Shown here in pieces: positions 24,546 to 38,721 of a stretch of DNA of 64,000 bases. The notes under the pieces were generated by a model. The model saw nothing but the letters and a program-made list of their open reading frames with translations, was not told where the DNA came from and ran no database searches. Every line of letters begins with the position of its first letter. The first letter of the stretch is position 1. Origin of the DNA: Octopus vulgaris (lineage: Eukaryota); NCBI GenBank assembly GCA_951406725.2, contig OX597816.1:175212001-175276000 (forward strand), written 5' to 3'. Position numbers and translations under genes: made by a program.

Positions 24546-26900
24546 ATTAATATAATATAATTAATATAATATAATATAATATAATATAATATAATATAAT
24601 ATAATATAATATAATATAATAATATATATAATATAATATAATATAATATAATTAATATAATATAATTAATATAATATAATTAATATAATATAATTAATAT
24701 AATATAATTAATATAATATAATTAATATAATATAATATAATATAATATAATTAATATAATATAATTAATATAATATAATTAATATAATATAATTAATATA
24801 ATATAATTAATATAATATAATTAATATAATATAATTAATATAATATAATTAATATAATATAATATAATATAATATAATATAATTAATATTATATAATTAA
24901 TATAATATAATTAATATAATATAATTAATATAATATAATTAATATAATATAATATAATATAATATAATATAATATAATATAATATAATATAATATAATAT
25001 AATATAATATAATATAATATAATATAATATAATATAATATAATAATATAATATAATATAATATAATATAATATATAATATAATTAATATAATTAATATAA
25101 TATAATTAATATAATATAATTAATATAATATAATATAATATAATATAATATAATTAATATAATATAATTAATATAATATAATTAATATAATATAATTAAT
25201 ATAATATAATTAATATAATATAATTAATATAATATAATTAATATAATATAATTAATATAATATAATTAATATAATATAATTAATATAATATAATATAATA
25301 TAATATAATATAATTAATATAATATAATTAATATAATATAATTAATATAATATAATATAATATAATATAATTAATATAATATAATATAATATAATATAAT
25401 ATAATATAATATAATATAATATAATATAATATAATTAATATATATAATATAATAATAATATAATATAATATAATATAATATATAATATAATATAATAATA
25501 ATATAATATTAATATAATATAATATAATATAATATAATTAATATAATATAATTAATATAATATAATATAATATAATATAATATAATATAATATAATATAA
25601 TATAATATAATATAATTAATATAATATAATTAATATAATATAATATAATATAATATAATTAATATAATATAATATAATATAATATAATTAATATAATATA
25701 ATTAATATAATATAATTAATATAATATAATATAATTAATATAATATAATTAATATAATATAATTAATATAATATAATTAATATAATATAATTAATATAAT
25801 ATAATTAATATAATATAATATAATATAATATAATATAATATAATTAATATAATATAATATAATATAATATAATATAATTAATATAATATAATTAATATAA
25901 TATAATATAATATAATATAATTAATATAATATAATATAATATAATATAATTAATATAATATAATATAATATAATATAATATAATATAATAATATAATATA
26001 ATATAATATAATTAATATAATATAATTAATATAATATAATTAATATAATATAATTAATATAATATAATATAATATAATATAATTAATATAATATAATTAA
26101 TATAATATAATTAATATAATATAATTAATATAATATAATTAATATAATATAATTAATATAATATAATTAATATAATATAATTAATATAATATAATATAAT
26201 ATAATATAATATAATATAATTAATATAATATAATATAATATAATATAATTAATATAATATAATTAATATAATATAATTAATATAATATAATTAATATAAT
26301 ATAATATAATATAATATAATATAATATAATATAATATAATATAATATAATATAATATAATATAATATAATATAATATAATTAATATAATATAATTAATAT
26401 AATATAATTAATATAATATAATAATATAATATAATATAATATAATATAATATAATATATATATATATATAATATAATATAATATAATATAATATAATATA
26501 ATATAATATATATTATATAATATAATATAATATAATATAATTAATATAATATAATTAATATAATATAATTAATATAATATAATTAATATAATATAATTAA
26601 TATAATATAATTAATATAATATAATTAATATAATATAATTAATATAATATAATTAATATAATATAATTAATATAATATAATTAATATAATATAATTAATA
26701 TAATATAATTAATATAATATAATTAATATAATATAATTAATATAATATAATATAATATAATATAATATAATATAATTAATATAATATAATTAATATAATA
26801 TAATTAATATAATATAATTAATATAATATAATATAATATAATATAATATAATATAATATAATATAATATAATATAATATAATATAATATAATATAATATA
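24546..26900. repeat. Pure A/T satellite of (TAATA)n interleaved with a 14-mer ATAATATAATTAAT
   Basis: About 2.35 kb with no G or C; alternating 5-mer and 14-mer blocks. Confidence 0.97.
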
Positions 26901-27082
26901 ATAAAAAAAATAAAAAATAATAAATATATAAATAAATAAATAAATAGATATATATATATATATTTAACAATTAAGGATAACTTCTTAATAAGGAATCTTA
27001 ACAAGAAATTATCAGGCAGATAGCGTGAAAAACCTCATAAGAGAAAAATTTCGAAAATAATTCTTTCTTATTGAACATATTA

Positions 27083-27290
27083 ATTTATATATAGAGGGCA
27101 TTATTACACATAAATGCCTCACGCTAAGAGGGACATAAGTCATTTCTACCAAAAATTTTACTAATCATACCCAATGCAGTTTTTCAAAGCAAGACATTTA
27201 AAAAATGAATTTAGTCTTATATCACCTGTGATTTCGCACTTACCGCAGAAGCGTGAGGCATTTATGTGTAATAATGCCCACTATATATAA

Positions 27291-27292
<2 letters not shown>
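27083..27292. repeat. Inverted repeat, 43 bp arms, 124 bp spacer
   Basis: 27083-27125 is the reverse complement of 27250-27292 (1 mismatch), followed by (TA)n. Confidence 0.9.
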
Positions 27293-27326
<34 letters not shown>

Positions 27327-27839
27327 TATATTTATATCATTTGTTATTTATGTATTGGTTTATGTCTATCACTGTTTCAGTTGCATAATAGTGGTTTTAT
27401 CCCTAATTCATATTTTATATATTTATCGATATTTAAATATCGATCTTATCAAGTGGGCAGCATGGGAATAAATACCATACAAAGGTAATAATTATTTAAA
27501 ACTATAAATATATAACATATGAACATTTAAGGTGGCTTTAGGGTCAGGGTTTTGACTGCTATTTCAGCATGGTGGTATATCTCAGATACCCTAATTTATA
27601 GTTTTATATATATATACACTTAAATGTCGAACAATGAAGTGAGTGTTCAGCGTTCAACACCATATTGGTGGATATATAATTTCTTATTTCTGAATTAGAG
27701 CTACCATTGGTTTCATGTTTAGAAAAGTAGGAAAATATTCTAGTGTCTTAACAATTTTTCAAGCCGATCACATGGAGAAAGGTGTTAACTTTCATTTTGG
27801 AAAACAGTCTCCTGCTACCGTTGTCCAAAATGGAGGACA

Positions 27840-30170
27840 CACACACATATATATATATACATTAATATATATAAATATACAACGGGATTCCACAGTTTCT
27901 GTAAAACCAAATTCACTCACAAGGTATTGATCGGCCTGAAGCTATAGTAGAAGACATTTACCCAAAGTGCCATACAGTGAAATTGAACCCGAAACCACAT
28001 GGTTGCAAAGCGAGCTACTTAACCACACAGCCATGCCTGAGTCTATTAGAACATCGGGCGGAATGCTTTTAGGTATTCACTTCGACTCTTTACATTCTGG
28101 CGCCAAGCTGTATCTAACTTGCCTGTCTCTTGGAAAGCATCGGTGTATGTGGAGGAAGGAGATGACATGCCAGGGAAACTGCTAGTCTTTCACTAAACCC
28201 TTGTCAAAGTCTGCAGATATGCGGTCAGTTCTTTGCTCATTCTCTTTTATTTGTTTCGGTCATTTGACTGTGGCCATGCTGGAGCACCGCCTTTAGTTAA
28301 GCAAATCGACCCCAGGACTTATTCTTTGGAAGCCTAGTATTTAATCTATCGCACTCTTTTGCTGAACTGCTAAGGGGGAGGGGACAAACACAGACACACA
28401 CATGCATATATATATATATATATATATATATACGACGGGCTTCTTTCAGTTTCCGTTTACCAAGTCCACTCACAAGGCTTTGGTCGGCCCGAGGGTATAG
28501 CAGAAGACACTTGCCCAAGGTACCACGCTGTGGGACTGAACCCGGAACCATGTAGTTCGTAAGTAAGCTACTTACCACACAGCCACTCCTACACCTATGT
28601 CCATTATATTTTTTAATTCTTTTTATTTTTACTTTCTCTTTTTAATTGATTAAGTCATCTGACTGCGGCCATGCTGGAGCAGCACCTTGAAAAGTCGTAG
28701 TCGGACACATCAACCCTACTACTTAGGTTTCTTTCAAGTTTGACCCTTACTCTATCGGTTTCTACTGCTGAATCGCAAAGTTACGAGGACATACGCAAAC
28801 CAACTCCGGTTGTCAAGGTGTGGAGGTCAGACACACACACACACGTGTGTGTGTGGTGGGGTTCCTTTCAGTTTCTTATTTCTTTATTGTCCACAAGGGG
28901 CTAAACAAGGACAGACAAAGAGGTTAAGTCGATTAGATTCACCCCAGTATACAACTGGTACATAATTTATCGACCCCGAAAGAATGAAAGGTAAAGTCAA
29001 CCTCGGTGGAATTTGAACTCAGAACGTAACGGCAGATGAAATTACGCTAAACATTTCACCCAGCGTGCTAACGTTTCTGCCAACCAAATCCACTCACAAG
29101 GCCCTGGGGCTATAATAGGAGAGACTTGCTCAAAGTGTAACACTATGGGACTGAACCTGAAATCATGGTTGGAAAGTAAACTTCTTACCACACATCCATG
29201 CCTATACACACACACACACACACAATCGTTTAGCTATCCTGTGTGTTGATGTTGTGTTTGGGAATATTTACGCTTCCATACTTGTATATTAAGCTAAACT
29301 TTTCTTCTAGTTGTTATCTTATATTTTTTAATTGGTTCAGTTACTTAACTGCAGCCATGCTGGAGCACCGCCTTGGGGAATTTTCAGTCGAATAAATGAA
29401 CCCTCAGTACTCATTTTTTAAAAGCCTGTTACTTATTGTAACAGTCTCTTATGTATGTATCTGTTTATCCCCCAACATCGCTTGACAACCAATGCTGGTG
29501 TGTTTACGCCCCCACTACTTAGTGGTTCGGCAAGAGAGACCGATAGAATAAGTACTAAGCGAACAAAGAATAAATCCTGGGGTCGATTATGTCCAGTATG
29601 GTCGCAGTGAAATGACTGAAACAAATAAAAGAATAAAAAAATATATACGATGGGCTTCTTTCAGTTTCCGTCTGCCAGATCCACTCAAGGCTTTGGTCGG
29701 CCCGAGGCTATAGCAGAAGACGTCCACAGTGCCTCGTAGTGGGACTGAACCCGGAACCACGTGATTCGGATGCAAACTTCTTATCTCGATTACTTCAATG
29801 TTTAGTTGTGCAGTGTTATATTTCTTAGTTTATATTTATTAAAGTATTTGCTTCCCAACAACATCGTTCTGGGTTCAGTCCCACTGCATGGCACCTTGGG
29901 CAAGTGTCTTCTACTATTGCCTTGGGCTGACCAAAGCCTTGTGAGTGGATTTGGTAGACGGAAACTGAAAGAAGCCCGTTGTATGTGTTTGTCTCTCCAT
30001 CGCTTGACAACCGATGCTGGTGTGTTTACGTCCCCGTAACTTAGCGGTTCGGCAAAGAGACCGATAGAATAAGTACAAGGCTTACAAAGAATACGTGCTG
30101 AGGTCGATTTCATCGACTAAAGTAGTGCTCCAGCATGGCCGCAGTCAAACGACTAAAATAAGAAAAATAT
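27840..30170. mobile_element. Cluster of nested/adjacent SINEs (families A and C, both strands)
   Basis: Family A copies at ~27880-28040(-), 28245-28590(-), 28650-29205(-, with family C at 28895-29082 inside), 29330-29785 (composite) and 29845-30165(+). Confidence 0.85.
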
Positions 30171-31173
30171 AATTAGCTTAGGTTGCAGCTAACAACTGTG
30201 GGAAAACTCGTGGTTTGTGTTCTGCAGAAATAAGAATATGTTGATTAAGTTGAAGGTAGTAAAGGAAGGCTTTATAGTCGAGCATATCTTGAAATGCTAG
30301 TTTGGGGTTCATAATGTACACTAATAAATCCCTATTTGTTGTCATGCAAACCCAGATAGCCCTTTTTTTTGGGGGGGGGGGTTCATCTCTGTATGTTGGA
30401 CAACATTATGCTTCATTCCTTTTAAAAGTAGAGAGATTTGTCGACTATTTTAGGTGGTGGAACGGCAGAGCATCGGACAAGATGCCTTGCGATATATAAG
30501 TTAATTATGGTCCTTTATGTTCAGTCCATTTTGTTTTTCACTTCACCTGAGTCACTAAAATAAAGTACCACGTAAATACTGGAGCGATTTACATTCCATT
30601 AATGAACCCTAGAAGCGAGGGAAATTTTAATTAAAGCTTAAGGTCGCGCAAACACGTAGACACACTTTCGTATTTTCAGGTTCACACTCGACTTGTTCGA
30701 GTGAAAGGAAGTGAATAAAAATAGTCTCCACTTCCACTCAACAACATATCTAACCAAAACTCGTGGACGTAACCTATTTCAAATTTGTAAGGTTTGCAAA
30801 AGTAGTTTAATTATTTACAATTGAAATTGAAAGAAAATATAATTGTAGCGATTTGATAATATTATTTATTATTATTAAATTTATTAAATTAAACAATCCG
30901 CTTTACGGCAGATGGCGCTTTTAGTCGTAATCTAGAACCGAACTGTGCGCGATGGTCGTGTTTCGTCACTGACAAAAAGTAGTTCCTAAGCTATTAACTG
31001 GAAATACTCCTTAATTTCTCCATAAAGAATACCAAAGTTGCAGTAAACAGCAATATAATTTTTTTTAGATTAATTTCATCGCAATAAATACTAATTATTC
31101 TGAACATTAAATATAAATAGTGAGCGAACGAAGTGGGACTACTTTAATTTCTCCCTCCGCCTGCCGCCTCGCT

Positions 31174-31205
31174 CTCTTTCCATGTGGTGACTGCCATTAA
31201 GCGAG
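31174..31205 (+). promoter_or_regulatory. RPS9: RPS9 TCT/5'TOP start and non-coding exon 1
   Basis: Pyrimidine tract CTCTCTTTCC typical of ribosomal-protein TSSs, followed by donor GAG|GTGAGA at 31205/31206. Matching acceptor at 32354. Confidence 0.75.
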
Positions 31206-31744
31206 GTGAGACTTTTTTCGCTTCAGACTTTTTCTGACCATTTTTAACCAAATTTCCAATTTTATTTCCCACTTTTTCCATTTTCATTTAACACATTACA
31301 CTCCCAAGTGTTTTGTTTATCCACTGTTATTTCTATATTGCGCTGATTGTCTAACTTCTGTCCCTCAAATCGTTCTGCTTTCTTCAGGAAGGAAAAAGCA
31401 TTTCTTCTTCTTCAGAGAAACGATTTTCTCCGTTTTTTATTCTCTAAAAACATAAAAACTCTATAAAATAAGATAATTTTCTGTATATTTAAAATAAATC
31501 AGCGATTGTAATCCTTGTAGAACTGCTTTTGTTTAATACGACTGAAACTTTCCTCCCTGCAAACACGTGTCCCTCCTTTTCAATGTCCAGCTTTAATTAA
31601 AAAGCTTCTTCTAATTTCAACGAATTCGAACAAGATCGGACGTTTCTTAATACCTACACACAAATTGGTGAACAAGTTTATCGTATTTCTAGTATTTTAG
31701 GCTGTTTTTTTTTTTTTTTTTGTTTTAATAAATTCCTCAAAGAA

Positions 31745-32132
31745 TAGGCGCAGGAGTTGCTGTGTGGTAAGTAGCTTGCTAACCAACCACATGGTACTGG
31801 GTTCAGTCCCACTGCGTGGCATCTTGGGCAAGTATCTTCTGCTATAGCCCCGGGCCGACCAATGCCTTGTGAGTGGATTTGGTAGACGGAAACTGAAATA
31901 AGCCTGTCGTATATATATATTTATGTTTGTGTGTTTGTCCCCCTAGCATTGCTTGACAACCGATGCTGGTGTGTTTACGTCCCCGTTACTTAGCGGTTCG
32001 GCAAAAGAGACCGATAGAATAAGTACTGGGCTTACAAAAAAGAATAAGTCCCGGGGTCGAGTTGCTCGATTAAAGGCGGTGCTCCAGCATGGCCGCCGTC
32101 AAATGACTGAAACAAGTAAAAGAGAGTAAAGA
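31745..32132 (+). mobile_element. SINE family A in RPS9 intron 1
   Basis: Full-length young copy, near-identical to 9350-9750. Confidence 0.9.
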
Positions 32133-32370
32133 AGATTATAAAATAATTCTTACATCTGAATTTCTATGATTTCCAAAAGTTTTCAAATCGGTTGTTGCTT
32201 TGTGTCGGTAGCATTGGCTCCGTTAACCTCTCAACCCGTTTCCCATATAAAATACCAGATTGAAAATGTGATCAGTGAATAAATTCGAATGCTTTGTGAA
32301 CCCTCTTTGCCATCATAAATGTGGAATGGTAACATTTGTTCTATTATTTATTAGGCTCCAACTCGCCAAT

Positions 32371-32587
32371 ATGCCGCGCATTCCACTAGTTCAGAGTAAG
32401 ACTTACGCTACACCAAGAAGACCATTTGAAAAAGAAAGATTAGACCAAGAATTAAAGCTTATAGGAGAGTATGGTTTAAGAAATAAAAGAGAAGTATGGA
32501 GGGTAAAATATTCCCTTGCCCGCATCCGAAAAGGTGCCAGAGAATTGCTTACATTAGAAGAGAAAGATCCAAGAAGACTGTTCGAAG
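32371..32587 (+). CDS. RPS9: 40S ribosomal protein S9 (uS4), coding exon 1
   Basis: [46 protein letters not shown]...DPRRLFEG; donor GTGAGA. Confidence 0.98.
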
Positions 32588-32908
32588 GTGAGATTTCTTT
32601 TTTTTTTTAATTCTTTTAAAAAGAAAAATTCAATTTTGTGTATTCGGTATACTAATTGTTTTGAGCCCCATTCCTGACATTCTTCAGAATTCTCTTAGTT
32701 GCAACATTATGATATTCTTTATCAATATGAAATCGGAAGGCAGGGTTAAAAGACTTAATGGATTCAGGTAATATACCTCCATTCCTTTCGCCTGATATTA
32801 AGGGATCATGGCTTAGAAGCTGTAAACCTCTTTAAATTGAAAAAGGACTTCGTTAAACCAAAAACCTGCATTAAGGAAATGGCTGGGAGGTGTGTTGTAA
32901 CTTAATAA

Positions 32909-33157
<249 letters not shown>

Positions 33158-33438
33158 TGAGTCGCACTTTCGCAATCCTTCGTTCTTGGTGTTTTCAAGC
33201 ATTTTATATATTCCATTTTTACTACTACAAACAACATGGTGTGTGATAAGAAGCTCATGGTTTGGGGTTCTGTTGCACTGGTGTCTTCTACTATATAGCC
33301 TTGGTAAGCAGAAACTGAAAGAAGCCCGTCATCTGTGTGTGTGCAACCGTGTTTACATCCCCATACCAGTTCAACAAAAGATGTTGATGGAATAATTACC
33401 ATGCATTGGAGGGGGGGTATTGGTGTCAGTACATGTGA

Positions 33439-33643
33439 TTAACCCTTTCGTTACTGTATTTATTTTGAGATGCTCTGTGTTTCTTTCTATTACTTTAAAT
33501 ATAACAAAGAATTTAGCAAAATAACTTCGTTATTATTCAGCTAGTGTCAGGAACATGTGACGAAGATTTTAATTCAAATCCTATGAAAACAAGACATTTG
33601 CACTCAGAGCCGGTTTCAGCTGGGTTGGTAACGAAAGGGTTAA
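33439..33643. mobile_element. piggyBac-type MITE in RPS9 intron
   Basis: TTAA|CCCTTTCGTTAC ... GTAACGAAAGGG|TTAA. A lone similar end at 34901. Confidence 0.85.
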
Positions 33644-35527
33644 ACAATTCTTCAGTATGGTATCCTGAACATGGCTGCAGTCTAGGAGAGGATAACACTC
33701 AACGGTATTTTCAATTCAGCCAAATGGATAACTTATATTCGTCTGCTTGACACTGGTGCAATATCCTTGGTTGTTTCAGGTGGTTATAGATTGGGATGTG
33801 GAAAGTAATTTCTTTATTGTTGATTGAAAAGAGGCTGAATTTTAATATCAGCTCTTAATTTCAAAAGAGCTTATTCATTGGCTTTCGTCAGCCAAATTGT
33901 TCTAGCTTTTTGCTTCATCTAAAGACTATCCCTATTGATAGAACAATACCCATAAGGGAAGCCTGTGGTTGCTCAACCTGTTGGACCCAAACAAGAACAA
34001 ATTTGCTTAAAATGGACTGATATTGATTTTTTAAAAAAAACTAAAACAAATGTAGACAATGATGATGATGAAATCATAAACAAGAGAATAATTAAAATGA
34101 CAAAAAATTATTTTTTTAATGAATGGTTTACAACTAATTACAAAACCACTCCCCTTCCTAGGATGTGTAGTTAAACTTCAAGGACAGAAAGACATAGAGG
34201 AGCAAATTCTTATAAATGTGAATAGAATTATATTAAAATGGAATGATGGTCTGAATATGCAGATAAAATTATTCTAGGGGTGTGCATGTTTTTGCATATG
34301 TTCCTTTGTTGAGTCCCACTGCACTCCATCTTGGACATTGCCTCAGGCTGGCTGATTCTTTGTGAAAAAGTCAGCACAAATCTACACAGATGGGCAAACA
34401 GGCACTCCGTTGGTTGCAACGATTCCAGTTGATCTGATCAGTAGAGCAACCTGCTTGTAATATTGTGCATGTGGCTGAGCACTCCATGGGCACGTACCCT
34501 TAACATATTTCTCAGGGAGATTCAGTTTGACAAGGCTGGCCCACTGAAATACAGATACAACTCATTTCTACCAGCTGAGTGGACTGGAGCAACAGGAGAG
34601 GTTTTCCTCAAGGAAACAACACTTGACCACCAGGGCATACACCTTCAAAGATATGTTTAGTAAAGGTGTAATGTATGTATCATCAAGAATTGTTTAATGG
34701 TAAGTGTTGTAGGTATTAAACTACTAATTTCACTTATTCTGTTGGATTTCTCCTGCAGGTTTTTCAGTATATTTCATCCGGTAAACCTGGTTTCCTGAGT
34801 GACATGAGATTTCATGGGTTACTGTAGATATTGGTGGAGGAAAAGCATTTTCAATTTCCAGGCATAACTCAGTATTTATAAACAGTTCAAATAATCTCTC
34901 TTAACCCTTTCGTTACTATATTTTTTAACGTGTTTTAACGAATGTACCAACGAGATTTGGGTTCAAATTTACATTAAAATAACAATAGGTTCTCTCGGCC
35001 GGGTTAGGAGAGTAGGATCTTACTTTGTTTGAGAGTTGCGGATGACTGTTAAGTGAATCGGTCCTGTAGCTTCTATTCAAACTGCCAAACTCTCTCAACT
35101 CTTCTATGAGTGAAAGATGACAACATGGAACTGTCAAACAGCTTAAATTATACAAACTAAAAGATTTCGATAGATGTTAGGCTTTCTTCCACATGTTTGA
35201 AATAATATTCATGGATTTGTATAGTTATAGTTAAAATAGTATTTTTAGTATTCCCATGTGACAGTTTCAAAATAATAAAAACCTTTGTGAGTGTGCAAAT
35301 ATAACAATACTGAGTGAAAAACTGGGTATAAAAAGAAACTAATGCAGCTTCCAATCTGTGCAAATGGGGAAAAAGGGACATAAGAGATTATAATAAGGAT
35401 GTCGGCATTTAACCTGTTGTACTTTCCTTTTTTTTTTTTTCTTTTTTAGTTGAAGCTGTAATGGCTGCACTTGGTAATTATGAGATATGTTGTAAGGCAG
35501 AGTATTCATGCATCCAAATAATTTTGA

Positions 35528-35686
<159 letters not shown>

Positions 35687-36231
35687 TAATAGCAACTGGT
35701 TATATTTGTCTATTTTATGCTAACATATAAAAGTGTGTACACCTCCAATAAGATATATGACTTTTTAGCATTGTCTCTGATGTTGGCAGTATAGAGTGTC
35801 TTAATTTGGTAATGAAAAGGGATAATTATTAGTAAGTACACAAGATTAAATTTAATGAGTCTTGTCTTCAAATTTCTGGGTTTGCCAAAATTATTTGTAC
35901 ATGAATTCTATTGATGTTGATTGAAATTAAGCTGTGTTGGGTTGACTTGATCAATTGGTATTACACACACACATCTTTAGTTTCATGACTGAATTGTGAT
36001 CATGTTGTGGGCAGTTCTTAATGTTCTGTTGGATCCTTATATTTCAGTCCAAGTATTGTATCCTACTACATTCCTTACCAACTAGCATGCTTGCTGTTTT
36101 TTACTATTAGAACACTTGTTACAAGAAAATATTCACTTGACAATCTGAATTTTTAAGTTGTATTCTATTAATGCTAAAAGACTGCTACATGTTAAACTGA
36201 TGAGTAATGCTTCATGTTTTTCTTTACTCAG

Positions 36232-36299
36232 GTCGTGTTAAGAGGAAGAACATGAGAAAAGCGCAAGGTGGTGGAGCAGCTGATGAAGAAGAAGATTAG
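36232..36299 (+). CDS. RPS9: RPS9 last coding exon
   Basis: GRVKRKNMRKAQGGGAADEEED*; spliced CDS totals 576 nt (191 aa). Confidence 0.97.
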
Positions 36300-36330
36300 G
36301 TCAAAATGGGGGCACATTATTCAGCAGGCA

Positions 36331-36336
36331 AATAAA
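36331..36336 (+). terminator. RPS9 polyadenylation signal
   Basis: AATAAA 31 nt after the stop, followed by T-rich sequence. Confidence 0.75.
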
Positions 36337-36611
36337 GTCACCATTTTGATATATTATGATTCAAGGCTTGTTTTTTCTTTCTTTCTTTATGCTTAATACC
36401 CCTTCACCTTCCAAGAATCACAGACTACAACATAAAAATACAAATTTCACAACCTCAAAGTGTAACACAGCAATGTCACTTGGCACATTGCCTCAAGAAG
36501 GTCACTGCACAACACTGGCCCTGGAATTTCTTGATACCACTTCATATTCCTTGTCAGGACAATGCTTGATTATCCACCAAGTCCAGGTCATTGGATTGCT
36601 AATCACAGCAT

Positions 36612-36965
36612 GTCATCATCATCATCGTCGTTTAACGTCCGTTCTCCATGCTAGCATGGGTTGGACGGTTCGACCGGGGTTCTGGGAAGCCAGAAGGCTG
36701 CACCAGGCTCCAGTCTAATCTGGCAATGTTTCTACAGCTGGATGCCCTTCCTAACGCCAACCACTCCGTGAGTGTAGTGGGTGCTTTTTACGTGCCACCT
36801 GCACAGGTGCCAGGCGGGGCTGGCAACGGCCACGGTCAGATTGGTGTATTTTATGTGCCACCGGCACGGAAGCCAGTCGAGGCGGTGCTGGCATCGGCCA
36901 CGAGTCGGATAGTGCTTTTTACATACCACCAGACCAGGGATCCTGGCTGGTTCAATTCGATTGAT
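36612..36965 (-). mobile_element. RTE LINE 3' UTR fragment
   Basis: Same UTR and (CAT)n tail as 8-430. Confidence 0.88.
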
Positions 36966-38386
36966 GCAGTGAAATGTGTGGATCTAATGGATATAGAAGG
37001 AAGGGTTAGTCTTGTGACTGTAGACAGGCATTACCATTTTTGTTATCAGAGTTTAAAAGATTTCAACAAAATAATGTGAATATGTTGGAATGTATTTAGA
37101 AAATCAGCTTTTTGTTTTTTTTTAGTTTACCTCCATTTTTACAATGCATCACAGGTGACAATTTACATTGTGGAAACCTGTATGAGTATATTTAATCTAC
37201 TAGCAACTGAAATGGATCATGTCACGGTCTAATTATCATTTTATTCTCATCACCTGACTTGTTTTTTGTTTGTTTTTTTATGAAGAAGAGCAGCTGAGTA
37301 ATGTTATATCTTATTTCTTCAAAGATGTTGCACGAGTACTTTAGCCTCAGTTAAATAATGAGGTCAATCAATGATTATGTACTAAAGAATCATTGATGTG
37401 ATCCAAGGTGCAGAAATGAAATGGGAAACTATCTGGCAAAAAGCATCTTCCACGCATTTGATGCTGAAACATTGAGATTTCTCTCTTAAATGTATTGCTT
37501 ATTTATTCACATTGTTTTGAATTAACCATGCATTATCACATAGCTTCATGATTTTGATGATGTGAATGTTTTTAGAATGACATTGTAGGGTAGGTGTGAG
37601 AGGCTGGATCTAGTCAGTTTGAATATAAAATAGAATATTGGGTTAGATAGAGCTGGTTTAAATGTTAAAAGGTTAATGCAAATTTTTCTGAATGAAAACA
37701 ACAATATTTTAAAATTTATTATTGCAATATTTTATGTCAGATGTAATACTTTATGAATTTAGTAAAAAAAATCTCCATGGAATATACTACATCTTTAGTT
37801 ATGCTAGCAATTAGTCATCCAGCTTTTTAAATCAATTGAATCTATGATATATAAATAATCTAGATGTAACCTGCTTTCTAATCTTACTGGGTTTTGTTGA
37901 ACAATATCTTACAGAAAATAGATACCATTAGTGACTATGTAATCTATATAGGGTCATAGACAATTGCAGGAAACCTTCAACCATTGGTAGAAATGAAATG
38001 AGTTGACAGTATGATTATTAACTAATGTGTACCTTGTACTAAGACAACTCACGTTTTTACCTCTGAGCACTTCTATGGTGAAACTGAAAAGTTGACTCGG
38101 GGAATACAGAGGTAAAGCGAAAAGAAAAAACACTCGAATTATATGTCTGTTGATTCTATTCAACTGATTTGTAGAGATCTGTAATGTTTAAAATTGAAAT
38201 ATTATTTCATTCCTGCCATATTTTTTACAACAAAATAGAACAAGCTGTAAGACCGAAGACATTGACAATGCTGCCTTCTGTGATGACAGAGGTTTCCTTC
38301 ATTTATTGGAAGCTTCTTGTCAGGGTTTTTGTTTTCTATTTTGTCCATACAAAATAAATACAGTAATCAATATTGAAATTGAAGAA

Positions 38387-38426
38387 CTATAATACTGGAA
38401 GAGACTTCTTGTTTGGTGAGAGATAT
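38387..38426 (-). CDS. Flavin-reductase-like gene, exon 10 (last)
   Basis: ttttcAG acceptor; (R)YLSPNKKSLPVL*, in phase with exon 9. Confidence 0.8.
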
Positions 38427-38536
38427 CTGAAAATAGACATAAATACGTAAGAAATTTTATAGGGAGAAAAGAAATATTGCAAATCGACTCTTTCGTTTCT
38501 AAGGGATTGTGAATAAAAAAAAGTACAAATGTTTAC

Positions 38537-38721
38537 CTTCTTCTAGACTCTTCAGACAATATAATATCTTCACTGTAATATTTAAATAGCAATTCTTGTG
38601 GTTTTACAAATTCTTCATTTTTCAGAAGAAATTCTTCAAAAGTGTTAATATGGCCAGTTTCAGTTTTCAAAGCGTTCTGTACCATGTCTATATAAAACTG
38701 GATCACAGTTTCATGCCAATT
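38537..38721 (-). CDS. Flavin-reductase-like gene, exon 9 (C-terminal domain)
   Basis: NWHETVIQFYIDMVQNAL...TFEEFLLKNEEFVKPQELLFKYYSEDIILSEESRR; AG/GT boundaries. Confidence 0.88.

Noticed and set aside
32275-32370. N-terminal extension of the RPS9 ORF in the ORF track (likewise 60896-61027 for MRM2)
   Set aside because: Non-ATG starts running through intron or UTR; conserved proteins begin at ATG 32371 and 61028.
36197-36215. CTGATGAG in the last RPS9 intron as a hammerhead core
   Set aside because: No stem II-GAAA follows; more likely part of the branch-point region.
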